DNA of 63,670 bases, counting the filler, from Saprolegnia diclina VS20 (Eukaryota), in the NCBI RefSeq assembly GCF_000281045.1. It is 3 parts of 3 records of this genome, joined end to end, with 100 filler letters (N's around TTAATTAATTAA, not from the genome) between each part and the next. Parts side by side here need not be neighbours in the genome. Positions count along the whole stretch, not along the records: positions 28,640 to 57,557 come from NW_008246105.1; positions 57,658 to 63,670 come from NW_008246106.1; 1 more part is not named here. One strand, written 5' to 3'. This document shows, piece after piece, positions 45,702 to 58,045 of this stretch; the first letter of the stretch is position 1; the number at the start of each line of letters is the position of its first letter. The position numbers were made by a program, and so were the translations under genes. The notes under the pieces are model-generated. The model was not told the DNA's origin. It worked only from the letters and a program-made list of their open reading frames with translations, and made no database searches.

Positions 45702-46904
45702 TCATAGTGGCGTCGTGAGGTGCAGAATACCCGCGAGCGACTGCACTGCATGTAGAAGATGGCTGACCTTGTCTTGCATTTCATGCAGCTGGCGGCCAAA
45801 GGTGGTCACGGAGCCTCGGACGTCGGTGCTCGTGGTGCGGACTTCCTCGCGCAAGAGGCGCACGTCGGTCGAGCACACGGACATGCCTTCGTCCAAAGCA
45901 TTGCGCACCTAGAGCCAGCGTTAGCTTCGAGCAAAAGGTGCGTGACGCCGTACGCGGGACGCATTCTTGAGCAAACCATCGACAGCCGTGCGGCACGTGG
46001 CGTCCGTCGTCTGCAGCGCCTCCCGCAAGACGGCGATTTCGTGCTCGCAATGCGATCGGTCGAGTTCGCGCTGCCGCTCGAGCGAGCCAGAGAACGCGTT
46101 GAGCTTGGCCAAGCAGTCGGCGGACTGGGCCTTGCTCTGCGCCCGGAGCGTGCCGAGCTCTTTGGCGAGATTGGTTGTGTCGGCAGTCAGCGACTGGATG
46201 GCCGCCGAGTGGTCTGCATTCCTACAACATTGCGCTCGTTGCATCCTGATGGTGCTGCGAAAGCTGACGCACATGGAGTGGACAGCGGCGTGGACGACGG
46301 TCGAGTCCTCCTTGAGTCGCTGGAGCCACTCGCCCATTTGATCCAAGTTGGCTTGGAGCGCATGGAGCTTGCGGATACCGTCGCCTTCGCGGACCATGAG
46401 CCCATCGACATGCGCACTCAGGCGCTGTCGCTCGGCTTCGTTCTCTACGCCCCGCTGCCGTGCCCCTTCAAGAAGCACAGCAATGCATTACCGATGACGG
46501 CCACCGAGACCCGCGTCAATTGGGCTTGGATGCCCTCGACCTTCTTTTCTAATACGAGCTCAAGCTGGAGGCTCTTGGACTCGACGCGGTTGCACTGCTT
46601 CTCGAGCACGGCCAAGAGCCGGTCATGGGCGCGGAACCGGGCCGCAATCTTGTCCTGGTCGTGGGCTGCTGCCGCCTTGACTTCATCTACGACAGTCGGA
46701 TGCAGTCGCAATAGGAGGCCAAACGCTCGCACCAAGCTCCAAGAGCACGACCTCGGAGAGCTTCTCGAACGCATGCTCGATGGCATCGATGCGCTTGTCG
46801 AGACGATGCCACGCCTGTTCAAGATCGCGTCAAAGGGCAATCTCGGAACCTCCCAGACTTGATGTTGTGTCGTGGGTTGTAGCACGTACACTTTCCCTTG
46901 CCAT
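45702..46904 (-). CDS. Hypothetical long coiled-coil protein; multi-exon, start uncertain
   Basis: Heptad-rich exons (AWHRLDKRIDAIEHAFEKL; LEKQCNRVESKSLQLELVLE; LHALQANLDQMGEWLQRLKE) separated by short GT-AG introns. Confidence 0.6.
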
Positions 46905-47050
46905 CCCTCGGCCGGCCGTCGTCGTCGCCGTCGCCCGCAGAGCCGAACTAGTTGCGCAGGTATGCGCGGGCACGCAGTCTTCTTCTGCTCTGTCTCGCTG
47001 AAGCTTCTCTTGTTCGAGAAAGGCCAACCGTTTTGCGTCACTTAGAGTTA

Positions 47051-48282
47051 ATGGACCCCACCGAGCACGACACGTTGGCACTCCTCCGCCCGTTCGCCGC
47101 GTCCGCCGACGACGTTGTCGAGGTGCACGTGCCCGCGGGCCCGCTGGCCATCGTCATGGACCGTACCAACGACCAGAACGCTGTGATCGAGTCGTTTGCC
47201 AAGCTGCCGTCGGGCCTCGCCGGCGCCATCGAAATGCACGGCGGCATTCCACCCGGGTCGGTCCTCGTCGCGATCAACCAGAAGGATGTCTCGGGCCTCA
47301 ACACAAAGCAAGTCAGCGACATCTTGCGCGAGCAGAAGGACAAGTCCAAGGTCCTCGGCTGGCGCGTCAACAAGGTGCGCATGGTGCAGTCCATAGCTTA
47401 TCTCACCACGTCTTCTAGCCGCTTTCGCCCATCAAACCGCTCTCGCCACGCAAGCCGGTCGCTGCCCCGCCGACGCCCGTCTCGGTGGCGACGCCGCCGG
47501 TGGCGGACCGGCGCGCCTCGAACGGTACCGAGTTTGTCACGGAGAACATTGTCGTGCTCGTCCCGTCGGGCCCGCTCGGCCTCCTCCTCGACGGCCAACT
47601 CAAGCACCGCGCGGTCGTGCAAGGTTTCCAAAAGCTACCGGACGGGTCGCCCGGCGTGCTCGAGCTCCACGACAACATTCATCCTGGCGCAAGCCTCGTC
47701 GCGATCAACGGCGAAGACGTGAGCGCGTGGCCGCTCGATGCCGTCACGCGGCGCCTCGGCGAGCTCGCGTCGACCGAGCGCATTCTCGAGTTTGCGCTGC
47801 CGCGTCGCCGCGCCAACTCGCAGGACTTTGATCTGCGCCGCAAGGAAGAGTTTACGTTCCTCAAGAAGCACGACAAGACCAAGATTGCGCGCGGCGAGTG
47901 CTGGCTCGTGATCGACGCCAAGTGGATCGAGCGTTGGGTGCTGTACGCGGCCATGAACGGGCCGCCGCCCGGCCCGATCACGAACGAGACTCTGGTCATG
48001 GACGGGTGGCAGGAGCGTCTCAGCGGCGCGGTGGCCGGCGACCCGGATCGCCCGCGTGCGAATCTCAAGGTCGGCGTCGACTACCGCTGCGTGACGCCGC
48101 TTGTTTGGTGCTTCTTTGTCGCGCTGCACGGCACGAGCAAGCTCCCGCCCCTCGCGCGCTACAAGATGGACGTGTACGCCAACCCGATCTCGGCGCTCGA
48201 GGCCAACAAGATCCTCAAGCCCATGTCGCTCAAAGCCGAGACGACAGTCACCGAGATCAAGCAGCGGTGCCACATTGAGTAG
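47051..48282 (+). CDS. PDZ-PDZ-DUSP domain protein (2 exons, intron 47375-47418)
   Basis: Two PDZ-like repeats (VPAGPLAIV...IPPGSVLVAIN.KDV; VPSGPLGLLL...IHPGASLVAINGEDV). DUSP motif CWLVIDAKWIERW...PGPITNETL...LKVGVDYRCV...VWCFFVALHG. Confidence 0.8.
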
Positions 48283-48288
48283 AGTCGC

Positions 48289-49362
48289 CTACGTGGCAGC
48301 TTTCCATGTTAACGCAAATATCTGTGTCGCCCCCACCGTCGCAAGCGATTGCCAGCGCCACGCGGTCCAGCCGCACACGCCGTCGCAGTGGCCGCATGCG
48401 ACGGCAGCGGTTCCTCTCTCGAGGGCTGCGAGGTGCGCCGAAATGTGCGCACTCCGGTGCGTGTGGGCGACGAAGATGGACGTGTGACCGAGCTGCACAA
48501 GCCCGCGTAGCGAGTCGAGCAGGCGCGGGTGGGCCGCCCAGCAGTAGAGAACGTCGGCGAGTACGACGAGATCACAACTTGGGAGCGATGCGCGGAGCGC
48601 AAGCAGTTGTTCGTTGTCGCCCCAGTCAAGCGCCACGGCGTGCACCTGCGCCGAGACGACCACTGCATTGCGAGATAGGGTCTCCTCGAGATGGCGGAGC
48701 GCCGACGTGCGCTCGGTGAGGACGACCGTCGACGTTGCCGGCAGCCACTTGGCGAGCGCGAGGCCAAGGAGCCCGGTGCCAGCGCCGAGTTCAAGCACTG
48801 TCGTCGGCGGCGACGTATACGAGAGCCACGCCTGCAGATAGGACGCGAGGCAAAGACCCGCGTCCCACTGCTGCGCGGCCATCGCGTCGCCGTACGTCTC
48901 GTGCAACACAAGATTCGCATCGTAGACGCGCCGCGCTACCGGAATGGTCCCGGGACGGAACGTGTCGCTGATGCAGATGTGCTTGGAGCTCAGCGGCAGC
49001 ACGAGGATCGTCGGCGAGACGGCGCTCGCGCTCGTCAAAGCCTGCAGACCAGTGTACATGGGCGCACACGCATCGACGGACGAGACGGCATGTGCATGAA
49101 TGCGAAACGCAGCGTCGAGCGACGGCAGTGGCAGGCGCACCACGCCGTGGCTTTGCGTCGCAGCCATGTTCAGGCGCACGGGCGGCGCGTCGCCAGCCGC
49201 GACGACAATCGACCACCCGGCGGTGCCCGCTGCCTGCGTGGCCGCCGCCAGCGAGACACCTTGGCCATGCTCGTCGACGACTTCGACGTGGATCGGCATG
49301 GACGCATCGCCTCTTGCCACGGCGACCGGCGGCGCAAACCGGAACCGAAGACGACAGAGCAT
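48289..49362 (-). CDS. Seven-beta-strand protein-lysine methyltransferase (METTL21/Methyltransf_16 family)
   Basis: WDAGLCLASYL, motif I VLELGAGTGLLGL, post-I VVLTE, LDWG and DLVVLADVLY. Confidence 0.85.
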   Translation of the reverse strand: MLCRLRFRFAPPVAVARGDASMPIHVEVVDEHGQGVSLAAATQAAGTAGWSIVVAAGDAPPVRLNMAATQSHGVVRLPLPSLDAAFRIHAHAVSSVDACAPMYTGLQALTSASAVSPTILVLPLSSKHICISDTFRPGTIPVARRVYDANLVLHETYGDAMAAQQWDAGLCLASYLQAWLSYTSPPTTVLELGAGTGLLGLALAKWLPATSTVVLTERTSALRHLEETLSRNAVVVSAQVHAVALDWGDNEQLLALRASLPSCDLVVLADVLYCWAAHPRLLDSLRGLVQLGHTSIFVAHTHRSAHISAHLAALERGTAAVACGHCDGVCGWTAWRWQSLATVGATQIFALTWKAAT

Positions 49363-49552
49363 GATCGGCGTCGTCGGTTGCCTGCGTTTGACGCGATTCA
49401 ACACGCGTCTTTTGTGCGGTTTAACGCAACGACGAGGTTAAACTGCGCCTGACATGCGACTATGACGCGGTGCCACGTCATGACACACAACCCTAGCATC
49501 ATGTCGCAAACAGCGCGTCGTCGCCAACACATCGGAGGCTCGCAGGTTTGCG

Positions 49553-49619
<67 letters not shown>

Positions 49620-49719
49620 NNNNNNNNNNNNNNNNNNNNNNNNNNNNNNNNNNNNNNNNNNNNNNNNNNNNNNNNNNNNNNNNNNNNNNNNNNNNNNNNN
49701 NNNNNNNNNNNNNNNNNNN

Positions 49720-49786
<67 letters not shown>
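49553..49786 (+). repeat. (TATC)n tetranucleotide microsatellite spanning an assembly gap
   Basis: Pure CTAT repeats on both sides of the gap at 49620-49719. Confidence 0.97.
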
Positions 49787-49817
49787 CGAGAGACTAACGG
49801 ATGACACGCGCGTAGCG

Positions 49818-52800
49818 TTATGAGGTTACGCTGGCCCACTCGACAAAGAGGTTCGTGCCGCACTCCATCTCGACTTGGGCCACATTCAAGTGGGAAAGCA
49901 TCTCGTGCAGCGCCGATTGGAGGTCGTCCTTGGACATCGCACGTGCGTCCCAGTCGGCGCCACGCGCGATGTGCGTGCGCAGCTGCGTCAGCGGCACCGC
50001 AAATGACGTCGAGAGCGACGACGACGGCTGGTAAAAGTCGACGCGGAGAGGCGCGTCGGGCGTTGCACTCTGCGTGTCGTAGACGCCGAGCAGCACGCGC
50101 TGGCCACCGACTGTTCGAATCGCCTTGAGCAAGCACGGCGCTTTGCGCGTCTTGTCGGTGCCGACCTCGTCGGCGGCTACCATTCGAATGAGTGCCTTCT
50201 CATACGCAGCAGACGAACCGCCGAGGCGGCTGGACGGCGTGATCACTTCCTTGACATAGAGCCGGTAAATCTCGTCGCCATTCACCTCGACGTCCAAGAG
50301 GTCGACGACATGCGCGGCCAAGTTCTGCGCCTCCGCTTCGCGCATTAGGTGCACCTAGCGTCAATACGAATGTTGAGCAAGACCATAAGGTCGAGGGAGC
50401 GTACGTCAGCTCCAATGGCCTCGCGCAGCGCAGCGCCGTTGATCCACATGGAGAGTTGCTTGCTGCTGGCGGCAATGTACCCGTCGACACGCAGTGCCAG
50501 CGCCGCGTCTCGTTTGGCATTGGTCGGTGTGACGTCAAAGACGGTGCAAATGACTGCGTGCTGGCGCAGGTGCTTGACTTGCGAAAGGAGTTTGATGCCT
50601 CGCGCGTCAGCTACGATAACGTCATATCGGTCCTACGATGAAGGAGATGTCATATTGCATTGTCTTACCGAGCTCAATGAGGTGGCCGTCTTGGGCAAAC
50701 GCATCGGCGTCCATGGCCGCATTCACGGGCGTCGCCTTGCGGTGCGTAAACATCCGTGAACGGACCAACACGACGCGCAGTGCGTCATCAGAGAGCGTGC
50801 GGTCGAGGCGGTGCATGACAATGTGGCGGAGCAACTCGGGCACGGTGCCCGAGCCAACAAGGTCCTGGGCGTCGGGCCCGGCGACCTAACCCGCATCCGT
50901 TGGTATGTATTCCAACATAACAAACATGACGGACCTCGCGCAGGTCGTGGAGGCCATCGACATGCGCTTCGCAGCTCGTGCTCGAGTCGGGGTGGTAAAA
51001 CGACAGCGCCATGTCAAACCAGTCGGCCTCGCGAAGGATATCGGGCAGCCCTACACCATTCGACATGATTCCAAAGTCTACCTTCGGGGCAGAAGGGTGT
51101 ACCTGGCTTGTTAGGCTCGCGCACTGGCTTGAGGTACGCTGTCATAGTCACATCGACGCGCAACAGCGTGCCGTTGCACCGGTATGAGCTCGAGTGCACG
51201 CGGAGTGGCGCGTCGTACACCAGCACGAGTGGTTCGCTTGGCGCGTCCAGCATTCGCACCGTGTTTTGCAGCAAATCAACGTCGATAGATGCGGCGTCCC
51301 GCGGGCGGGTATCGATGACGGGCGCCGATGCCACTGCCGCGGAGGCTGAGGTGCTGGGTACCGGTCGTATCTGCACAGAGAACTCGACAAAGCCGGACGG
51401 CGATGTGAGCCGCACGACGCACTCGTCAGTGTCGTAGGCACAGAGCCCGAGGAGTGCCAAGATGACGCGTCGGCGATCGATGGCCGAGGTACTGGGCCAC
51501 ACGAGCGAGATGGCCGACTGGATCTGCGCATCGGCGAGACGCAGTTCATGCGTCGTGCTCGTGATGGGGAAGTAAATGTGGAGCGAGAGGCCGTACACGG
51601 AGGCCATGGCGCAGAGCTTGGCGCTCACGATAACCTTGATCCCAGGCTTGCGCGCCAACTAGGGAAAGATTTGGGATGTGATTACGGCGACCATATTCAT
51701 GTAGTACCTTGGAGTGGTCCGGGTGCAAGGGCAGGTAAAAACCGGTGGTCGTCAATTCCAAATCTAGGGCCAAGGCGCCGTCGACTGTCATGACAAGTTG
51801 CGACAAAATGTGTTGCAGCCAAAGCGGTGAGAGCGTCGACACCACGCGTCGCGGTGACAGCAGCAGCTCGTGGCGCTCCCGGGACGAGACGAGCACCGAC
51901 CGTTTGATGCAGGCTTCGGGGCGGTAGGCCTCAATGCGCAGCGTCTCCGTCATCGAAATGTCAAACACAGAGACGACCCAGCGCAGCTAGGGACACTGTA
52001 ATACGACCATTGATTGGATAGCCTCTGACATACCGCTTGAGGACGCAGGTGCATTGTGCTACGAAGGAGGAGGCGCCCCGATCCACCGTGCTTGCGAATG
52101 CGAACGCGCAAGTCGTGGGGCGTCGTGACAATGTTGCGAGGGACGCGGCGGCTGACGTGGTGGAGCACGGGCTTGGAGAGCTCGGCCGCTTCAATGTGCA
52201 CGCGGTCGAGGACGTACTGGTACAACGCCTGGCACCAATACGACGTTCGATCCCACCATTTTGAGATATGACAAAGTACCTGGACGTTCATGTCTTGATA
52301 CGCCTGCAGCTCGAGCGGGTCGGACGCATCGAGCTTGAGCTGCTGCAGAAACGCTTCGTCAACGTCCAGCGTCCATGCGAGTCGCCCGGCACTCCACACA
52401 TCGTGGACAAAGACGCCCAAGCGCACGTGGCCGAGCGCAATCTCCGAGACGACAATCTAGAGTCGGTCAAACCTAAGTTATATACAGTGCAGATAGCACG
52501 CACCGAGGCAAAGTGGCCGTGAATGTGCCGGCCGACCTTGGTCAACCGCACGGCGTGGGGCCGGAGCTCGACGATTGGCTGCATGTTGATGCCCTTGGGC
52601 TTGGCGAGCGTCGTGAAGCCCACGACTCGCTGGTAGAGCTCCAATGGCGTCGACGGCGCTTGCTTGTTTTGGGCGGCTTCGAACGAGTTGGGCGCCAAGA
52701 GCGTATTCATCTAAGCACCCAAATCTCGTCACAGGGACGATGATACACTCATACAAAGGTCTCGGGGATCTCGGTGCGAAGCAAGTGCGACGTGAGCGGG

Positions 52801-55800
52801 TCGTACACGGTCACGTAGACGCGATGGCAGTCGCGGTAGAGCGACACCACGTGGTACCTAGAGCCCCATCATCGGATCGTTGATAAATTGATACGATGTG
52901 TACCGGTCGCCGATCTTGACCGACTGCCGGTGCACGCGCACGTCTTGCAGAATCGCGCTCGTGATCTGCGCCATCGCGTCTTTATACGACCAGTCGTCTG
53001 CGCATGCTCGCCTTGTATACTTCATCAAGCAGTCGGAAACGCACCTTCGTCCACCGGGTCGGTGATCGTAATGACGTTGCTAAAGAGGCCTGGAATCGGC
53101 TTGGTGCGCGTCACGACCTCGGCCGCGCCCCCGCGGCTCTGGATCGCATGCGCGTAGCGCGTCACAGCGCGAACAAAGAGCGCGAGGCGGAAGAGGAGGG
53201 TGCCCGTCGAGTCATTATCAACGGGCCACTCGGCCAAGTCGAGGTACCTACGCATTCAATTAGCGCTGGGATTGGTTGTACGAAGCGGACTCGCGCAGCA
53301 CGGCAACGTTTTCATAAGGAATGTACTGGACGTCGAGGGCTTGCAGCATCGCAGTAAAGACAGCAGGTGCACTCAGTAGGCGCCGGCTCAAACGCCTGCA
53401 CATGGCAAAGATGCGTCAACGGACAACGAGACTGCACCGTACCAGGTGACGGTCGATGTCGTGTTGGCGGGCGACACGAACCGCTGCGACGGTGTGAGCA
53501 AGATGAGCGTCGCTTCCATCACGAGCACGAGCGCGACGGGCGGACAATCCATCGTGCTCATCGTGACCATCTCTTTGTCCAGTCGACCGCTCGTGAGCGT
53601 GTGCAGGCCGTCGGCTGCCAGCTGCTATCGCATGAGCGACGGCGCTACCCGATTCGCGCGTACCTGGATCTCGTGTTTGGCGTCGCCATCGACCATGACG
53701 GACGCGTCCAGCTCGGAGACACCGTACGTGCCGGCGGCATAGCCCAAGCCAGCGCGGTTGGCGAGCGACCCTTGCAGCAAGATCGAGAGTGGTGTTGGGC
53801 GAAGCGCCCGCGACACGATGGCAAACTGGCCCAAGAAAATGCGCTGCTGCCCGATGCTGAGCCCAATGTCCGCGTCCAAGAGCACACTAGTTGCAAATCT
53901 CAGCAGCATATACCGAGAACACGGTACCTGTAGCCAGCATCGAAAGCGGGCTGCATCGTCGCGAGCGCTATCGGGTCTTGGCTGTTGATGCGCAAAAAGA
54001 GGCCCGGAAACGCCGCGTTGATGTGCGCGACAAGGACGTCCTTGGCGTGGCCGGGCAACTCGCGCGAGAGCACGAGCAATATCGGTCGTGTGCGCTTGGG
54101 GCAGTCTTGGATGAGAGCCAATGGCACAAACTGGCGTTCGCTGTGGTAGTCTTCGAGCGCACACTACCACGCACGCCTCAGTGAGCCCCTTGACGTGAAA
54201 GATCTACCTTGGCATCTTCGGCGCGGTCGTCGGCTTCGTACTGCGATAGATCGAGCGTGCAGACTGGCGTCGCCGACAGAAACGTGCTCTGCACCCGCTG
54301 GACGACGTCGAGGTGCGTGATCCATTCCAGTAGGAGCGTCGACGGCCGCTCCATCGCGCCTATAATCCAAGCGTGTAAGCATACGCGGTATCGTCGCAGT
54401 GCATCGAGTGGACCTAATGCCGCAGACGCCAGGTGTGCAATGCCAAAGTTGACGTCGTTCTTGTACGCTTCCAGCAGTGTGCGTGTCTCGGGCAAGAGCG
54501 CGATCGTGCGACGCGCCGCGGCCGCCTAGACACAGTCGACCACCGTAGCACCACGAAGGTTGGCATACCGAGATGGTCGTGAGGTAGCGGAGGAGGCGCG
54601 CGGCGCGGCGAAGGTACTGCCCGGCCTCCATCCAGCGCATGTCATGGACAGGCGTCGACCGTGCATCGCGGTCTTCCACGCTCATGCACGAAAGAGAGAC
54701 GGACTGGACGAGGCGGACGACGCCAAGCACCATGTACGAAGGCTTGAGTGTGTAGTGCGACGTGGGAAACTTGGCGTACGCGCAGAGAGCGGCGCCCATG
54801 GCCACGAGCTCAAACTCAAAGAGGTTGTGTGCAATCTCCACCATGCGTCGCTTCGAGTCGCAGAGAGCACGGTACGCACGCATGCGATGGCGGCCACGCT
54901 TGCCGCGGAACGTTTTTTGAATTTTGATGGCCGCCTTTTGCTGTTGCTGGAGCAAGCGCTCGAGACGCGTGGCGTTCCGCGCGAGGCGACCGCGTGCCGC
55001 ACACTGGATACGAATCGCTGCCTTGTGTCGCACATAGAGCTAGCATCGACGGTAAGTCCACGCTGTCGGAGAAGCCAAGACATGCGTACGCGATGCACAC
55101 GACGTCGTGCGAGGAAGCCGCGGACCCCCGCTTGGATGTACGTGCTGGCAATCGTGAACCGAATGCGGACAGTCTTGTACAGTTGGCGCGTGAGGATACC
55201 GCGGATGATGCGCTGGATGTGCGTCGCGGAGGCCACTTCGACGAGCTTGGTGCGCTCGAGTGCCAAAAGCGCTTCGTCCATGTGGCGGCGGCGAAGGAGC
55301 TCGGCTTGGCGCTGGTGCCTTGATGAGCAACGCCACGATCGCATGTGAGACTACCTGCTTCTCAGCCGCCGACTTTTGCGCCAACTTGAACGCTTCCATG
55401 GCCTGCTGTTTGCGCGATATCTCGGTCGCCTTGCGCGCAAAGAGGTCGACTTGGACTTGCAAATCGCGTCGGAGCATCTCGAGTGTTGGTGTTGGCAGTG
55501 ACGTGGCCGACGTGTCCAGTGGGAGCGCCGCTTCTTCCGCAGCAATCGTGTCGCGGAGATGTGCAATGTGGTGCCTGCGACATTCGAAAGTATCAATTTA
55601 TCAAGTGGAAACAAACAAATACGTACTCGAGCTGGGCGTTGACCACGCGAGCTTGCTCGAGGTCCTGCTCCATTCGAGCGCCACGCGAGCGTTGCATCGG
55701 GTACCGAATGCGGTTCTCCATAGCTACCCGTTAGAATGAGCGAATGGCAATTTAAAGGAGGGGCGGTGTACCGAGCTTTGTGGTCGGTGCGAGCATGCCA

Positions 55801-57244
55801 GCTTGCTTGAGCTTGGTCGTGTCGACCACTTGCGCGCTCGAGGGGACGGTCGTCGACTTGCGCAGCTACGTAATCGCTTGACTACAATCTAGAAAAGGCG
55901 TAGAGGTACTTCGGTGGGGCGTGGTCGCGGTGGGGCCTCGACAACCGGCTCGTGCACCTCGATGGTAGAAGCCTCCTGTAGCTCCCGCGTCGATGCTGCG
56001 TACGCGCGCTGGATAGCCACTGTCTTCATCTGCTGCTTGGCGACAGCCTCTGCGTTTCGAATTTGAGATCCAAAACACCATGATGGTGACATGTACCTGG
56101 CACGATGCGTCCGTAGAGGTCCCGTGCATACCGGCCGCAGAGCTCTTCCTCGGCCAAGACGACCTTTTCAGCTGCCCGGATGCGCAAGACGTCGAGGTTG
56201 CCGATCTGGCTCGGCAACACATACGTGGCCCGCGACCGCACGGACGGTGTGCTACTGGCATTGGCGTCGGCGCTCGTGAGCTGGCGCGGCACGAGCTCTT
56301 CGTCGTTGATGATGCGCGTCTCGTACGCCGATCGAAGCTTGGGCTGGCGCGCGGCTTGGGCTTGGGGCGAGCGCAACGGGCGCAGAGGAGACACTGGGAC
56401 CCCACCGACCTCTAAGAACGTGTCGACGGCGCCAACATTGGTCGTTGGAGGGGTGAACGGTGTGGCGTCGTCGCTGCGCTTGTCGAGGTTGTCGGGCATA
56501 ATGAACGGGTTTCGCTCCATGGAAAAGCCGAGCCAGCGTACCATGACGTCGCACTAGAACACTCATTGTAGCCATGCGAGGTGGTGCATCTGGCTCGCAA
56601 CCTGCTGAAGAAAATTCAAATCCGAGGGCAACTTGAGAAGGTAGTTGATCCCGTTCCACTTGAACGGAAGGTTCTTTTGCTGCTGCTTGCGCCACTGCAA
56701 TATCGCCTCGACGACTTCGACTGTCGTGATGCGAAGCAGGTCGAGGGTGTTGGCCATCGCTCCGACGAGCGCGTGCGGGGCGTCGCTCTGACTCATCTCG
56801 AGAAGCCGTGCCACATAGTCTTCGCGGAGAATGATGGCCTTTAAGATCTCGAGCTCCTAATGAGCGTAGTCGGCATGACATTCTGGCGGCAAGGAGGCGC
56901 ATACCATGCCGCTGTTGCCCCCCGGCATGTCGGCCTCGAACGTGATGCTGCCCATGTGGGCAGGCATCTTGGCCGCGACGTCTACCTTGCGCTTCTACGC
57001 CAAGTCAGCCTCAACCGCACATGAGCATGCGTCGACCTCGCCCATGGGCATGACGGTAGCAGGCAACTCGGTGCGCGGCCGTACATGCTTGCGGGGCTTT
57101 GGCCTACACAGCATGCTGCATATGGTCGGGATCACGAGAAGGGCGCGCGTACGATGGAAGCGTCGTCGCGTCCTTGGGCGGCCGGGTCTTGGGCTTGTCC
57201 TTCTCGAGCTGGTTGGGCGGCTTCGGGTCGGTCCCGCGTGGCAT
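49818..57244 (-). CDS. Very large multi-exon IQ-motif (calmodulin-binding) protein; could be more than one gene
   Basis: ATG at 57244 (MPRGTDPKPP). N-terminal block ELEILKAIILRE...FKWNGINYLLKLPSDLNFL...WLGFSMERNPF. IQ motifs HIQRIIRGILTR, YIQAGVRGFLAR, IRIQCAARGRLAR and IKIQKTFRGKRGR. Continuous minus-strand exons with short introns run down to the stop at 49818. Confidence 0.6.
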
Positions 57245-58045
57245 CGACCTCGCGTCGATGGCCCAAGCGTTACCCGAGAAACTGCCACTGTTTGCCCTTT
57301 ATAACACCTCCCGCGCTGTGATTGGCCATTTTGGATCGGCTTTGGATTGGCCAAAATACGAACACCAAATCTGAGCATCCGCCACCTCAGCCACCTCAGC
57401 ACCGATCGTCATCGCCAGTCGACGGATAACGTCCAAGTAGCTGCCAGGCTTTATATGCGTTGACGCTGGCTCTGGCGGTGGTAACCACTGGTAGCTCAAG
57501 CGCTCCACACTCTGACCATACCCAACCACCGCCATCCGCCAAGACGGATGCCGTATCNNNNNNNNNNNNNNNNNNNNNNNNNNNNNNNNNNNNNNNNNNN
57601 NTTAATTAATTAANNNNNNNNNNNNNNNNNNNNNNNNNNNNNNNNNNNNNNNNNNNNAGTATTTTGGAGGAGCAGGCAGAGGCCAGCCAAACCTCAACAC
57701 ACTTTGAAATTGGCTGCGGCCTGCTACTCGACCTGCCTCGCCAACCCATAGCAGGCGAGGTACTCAGCCTCCTTTGCCCACTTTGCTGGCAACAAGCCCC
57801 TTGGCTGGCAACAAGCGCGACTGCTGAAACGGATGGTATATATGCAAATCAATTGGAACTGTCAACTAAAATGAGAATGGTTTCGCAACGCCAAAGATGG
57901 TTTTTACCCAAACGTCGCCCACTCTATCTTCAGATCCCACACCGCGCCGCATATCGGCAGTTGAACGCCATCTATTTTAGTTCAAGGGCTGGTTTTTGAT
58001 TCAGAAACGAATTTGCAGGCCATCAGAAACGGAACCCAGAGCGCG

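Noticed and set aside
57602..57613. TTAATTAATTAA inside an N gap
   Set aside because: Same assembly linker; not biological.
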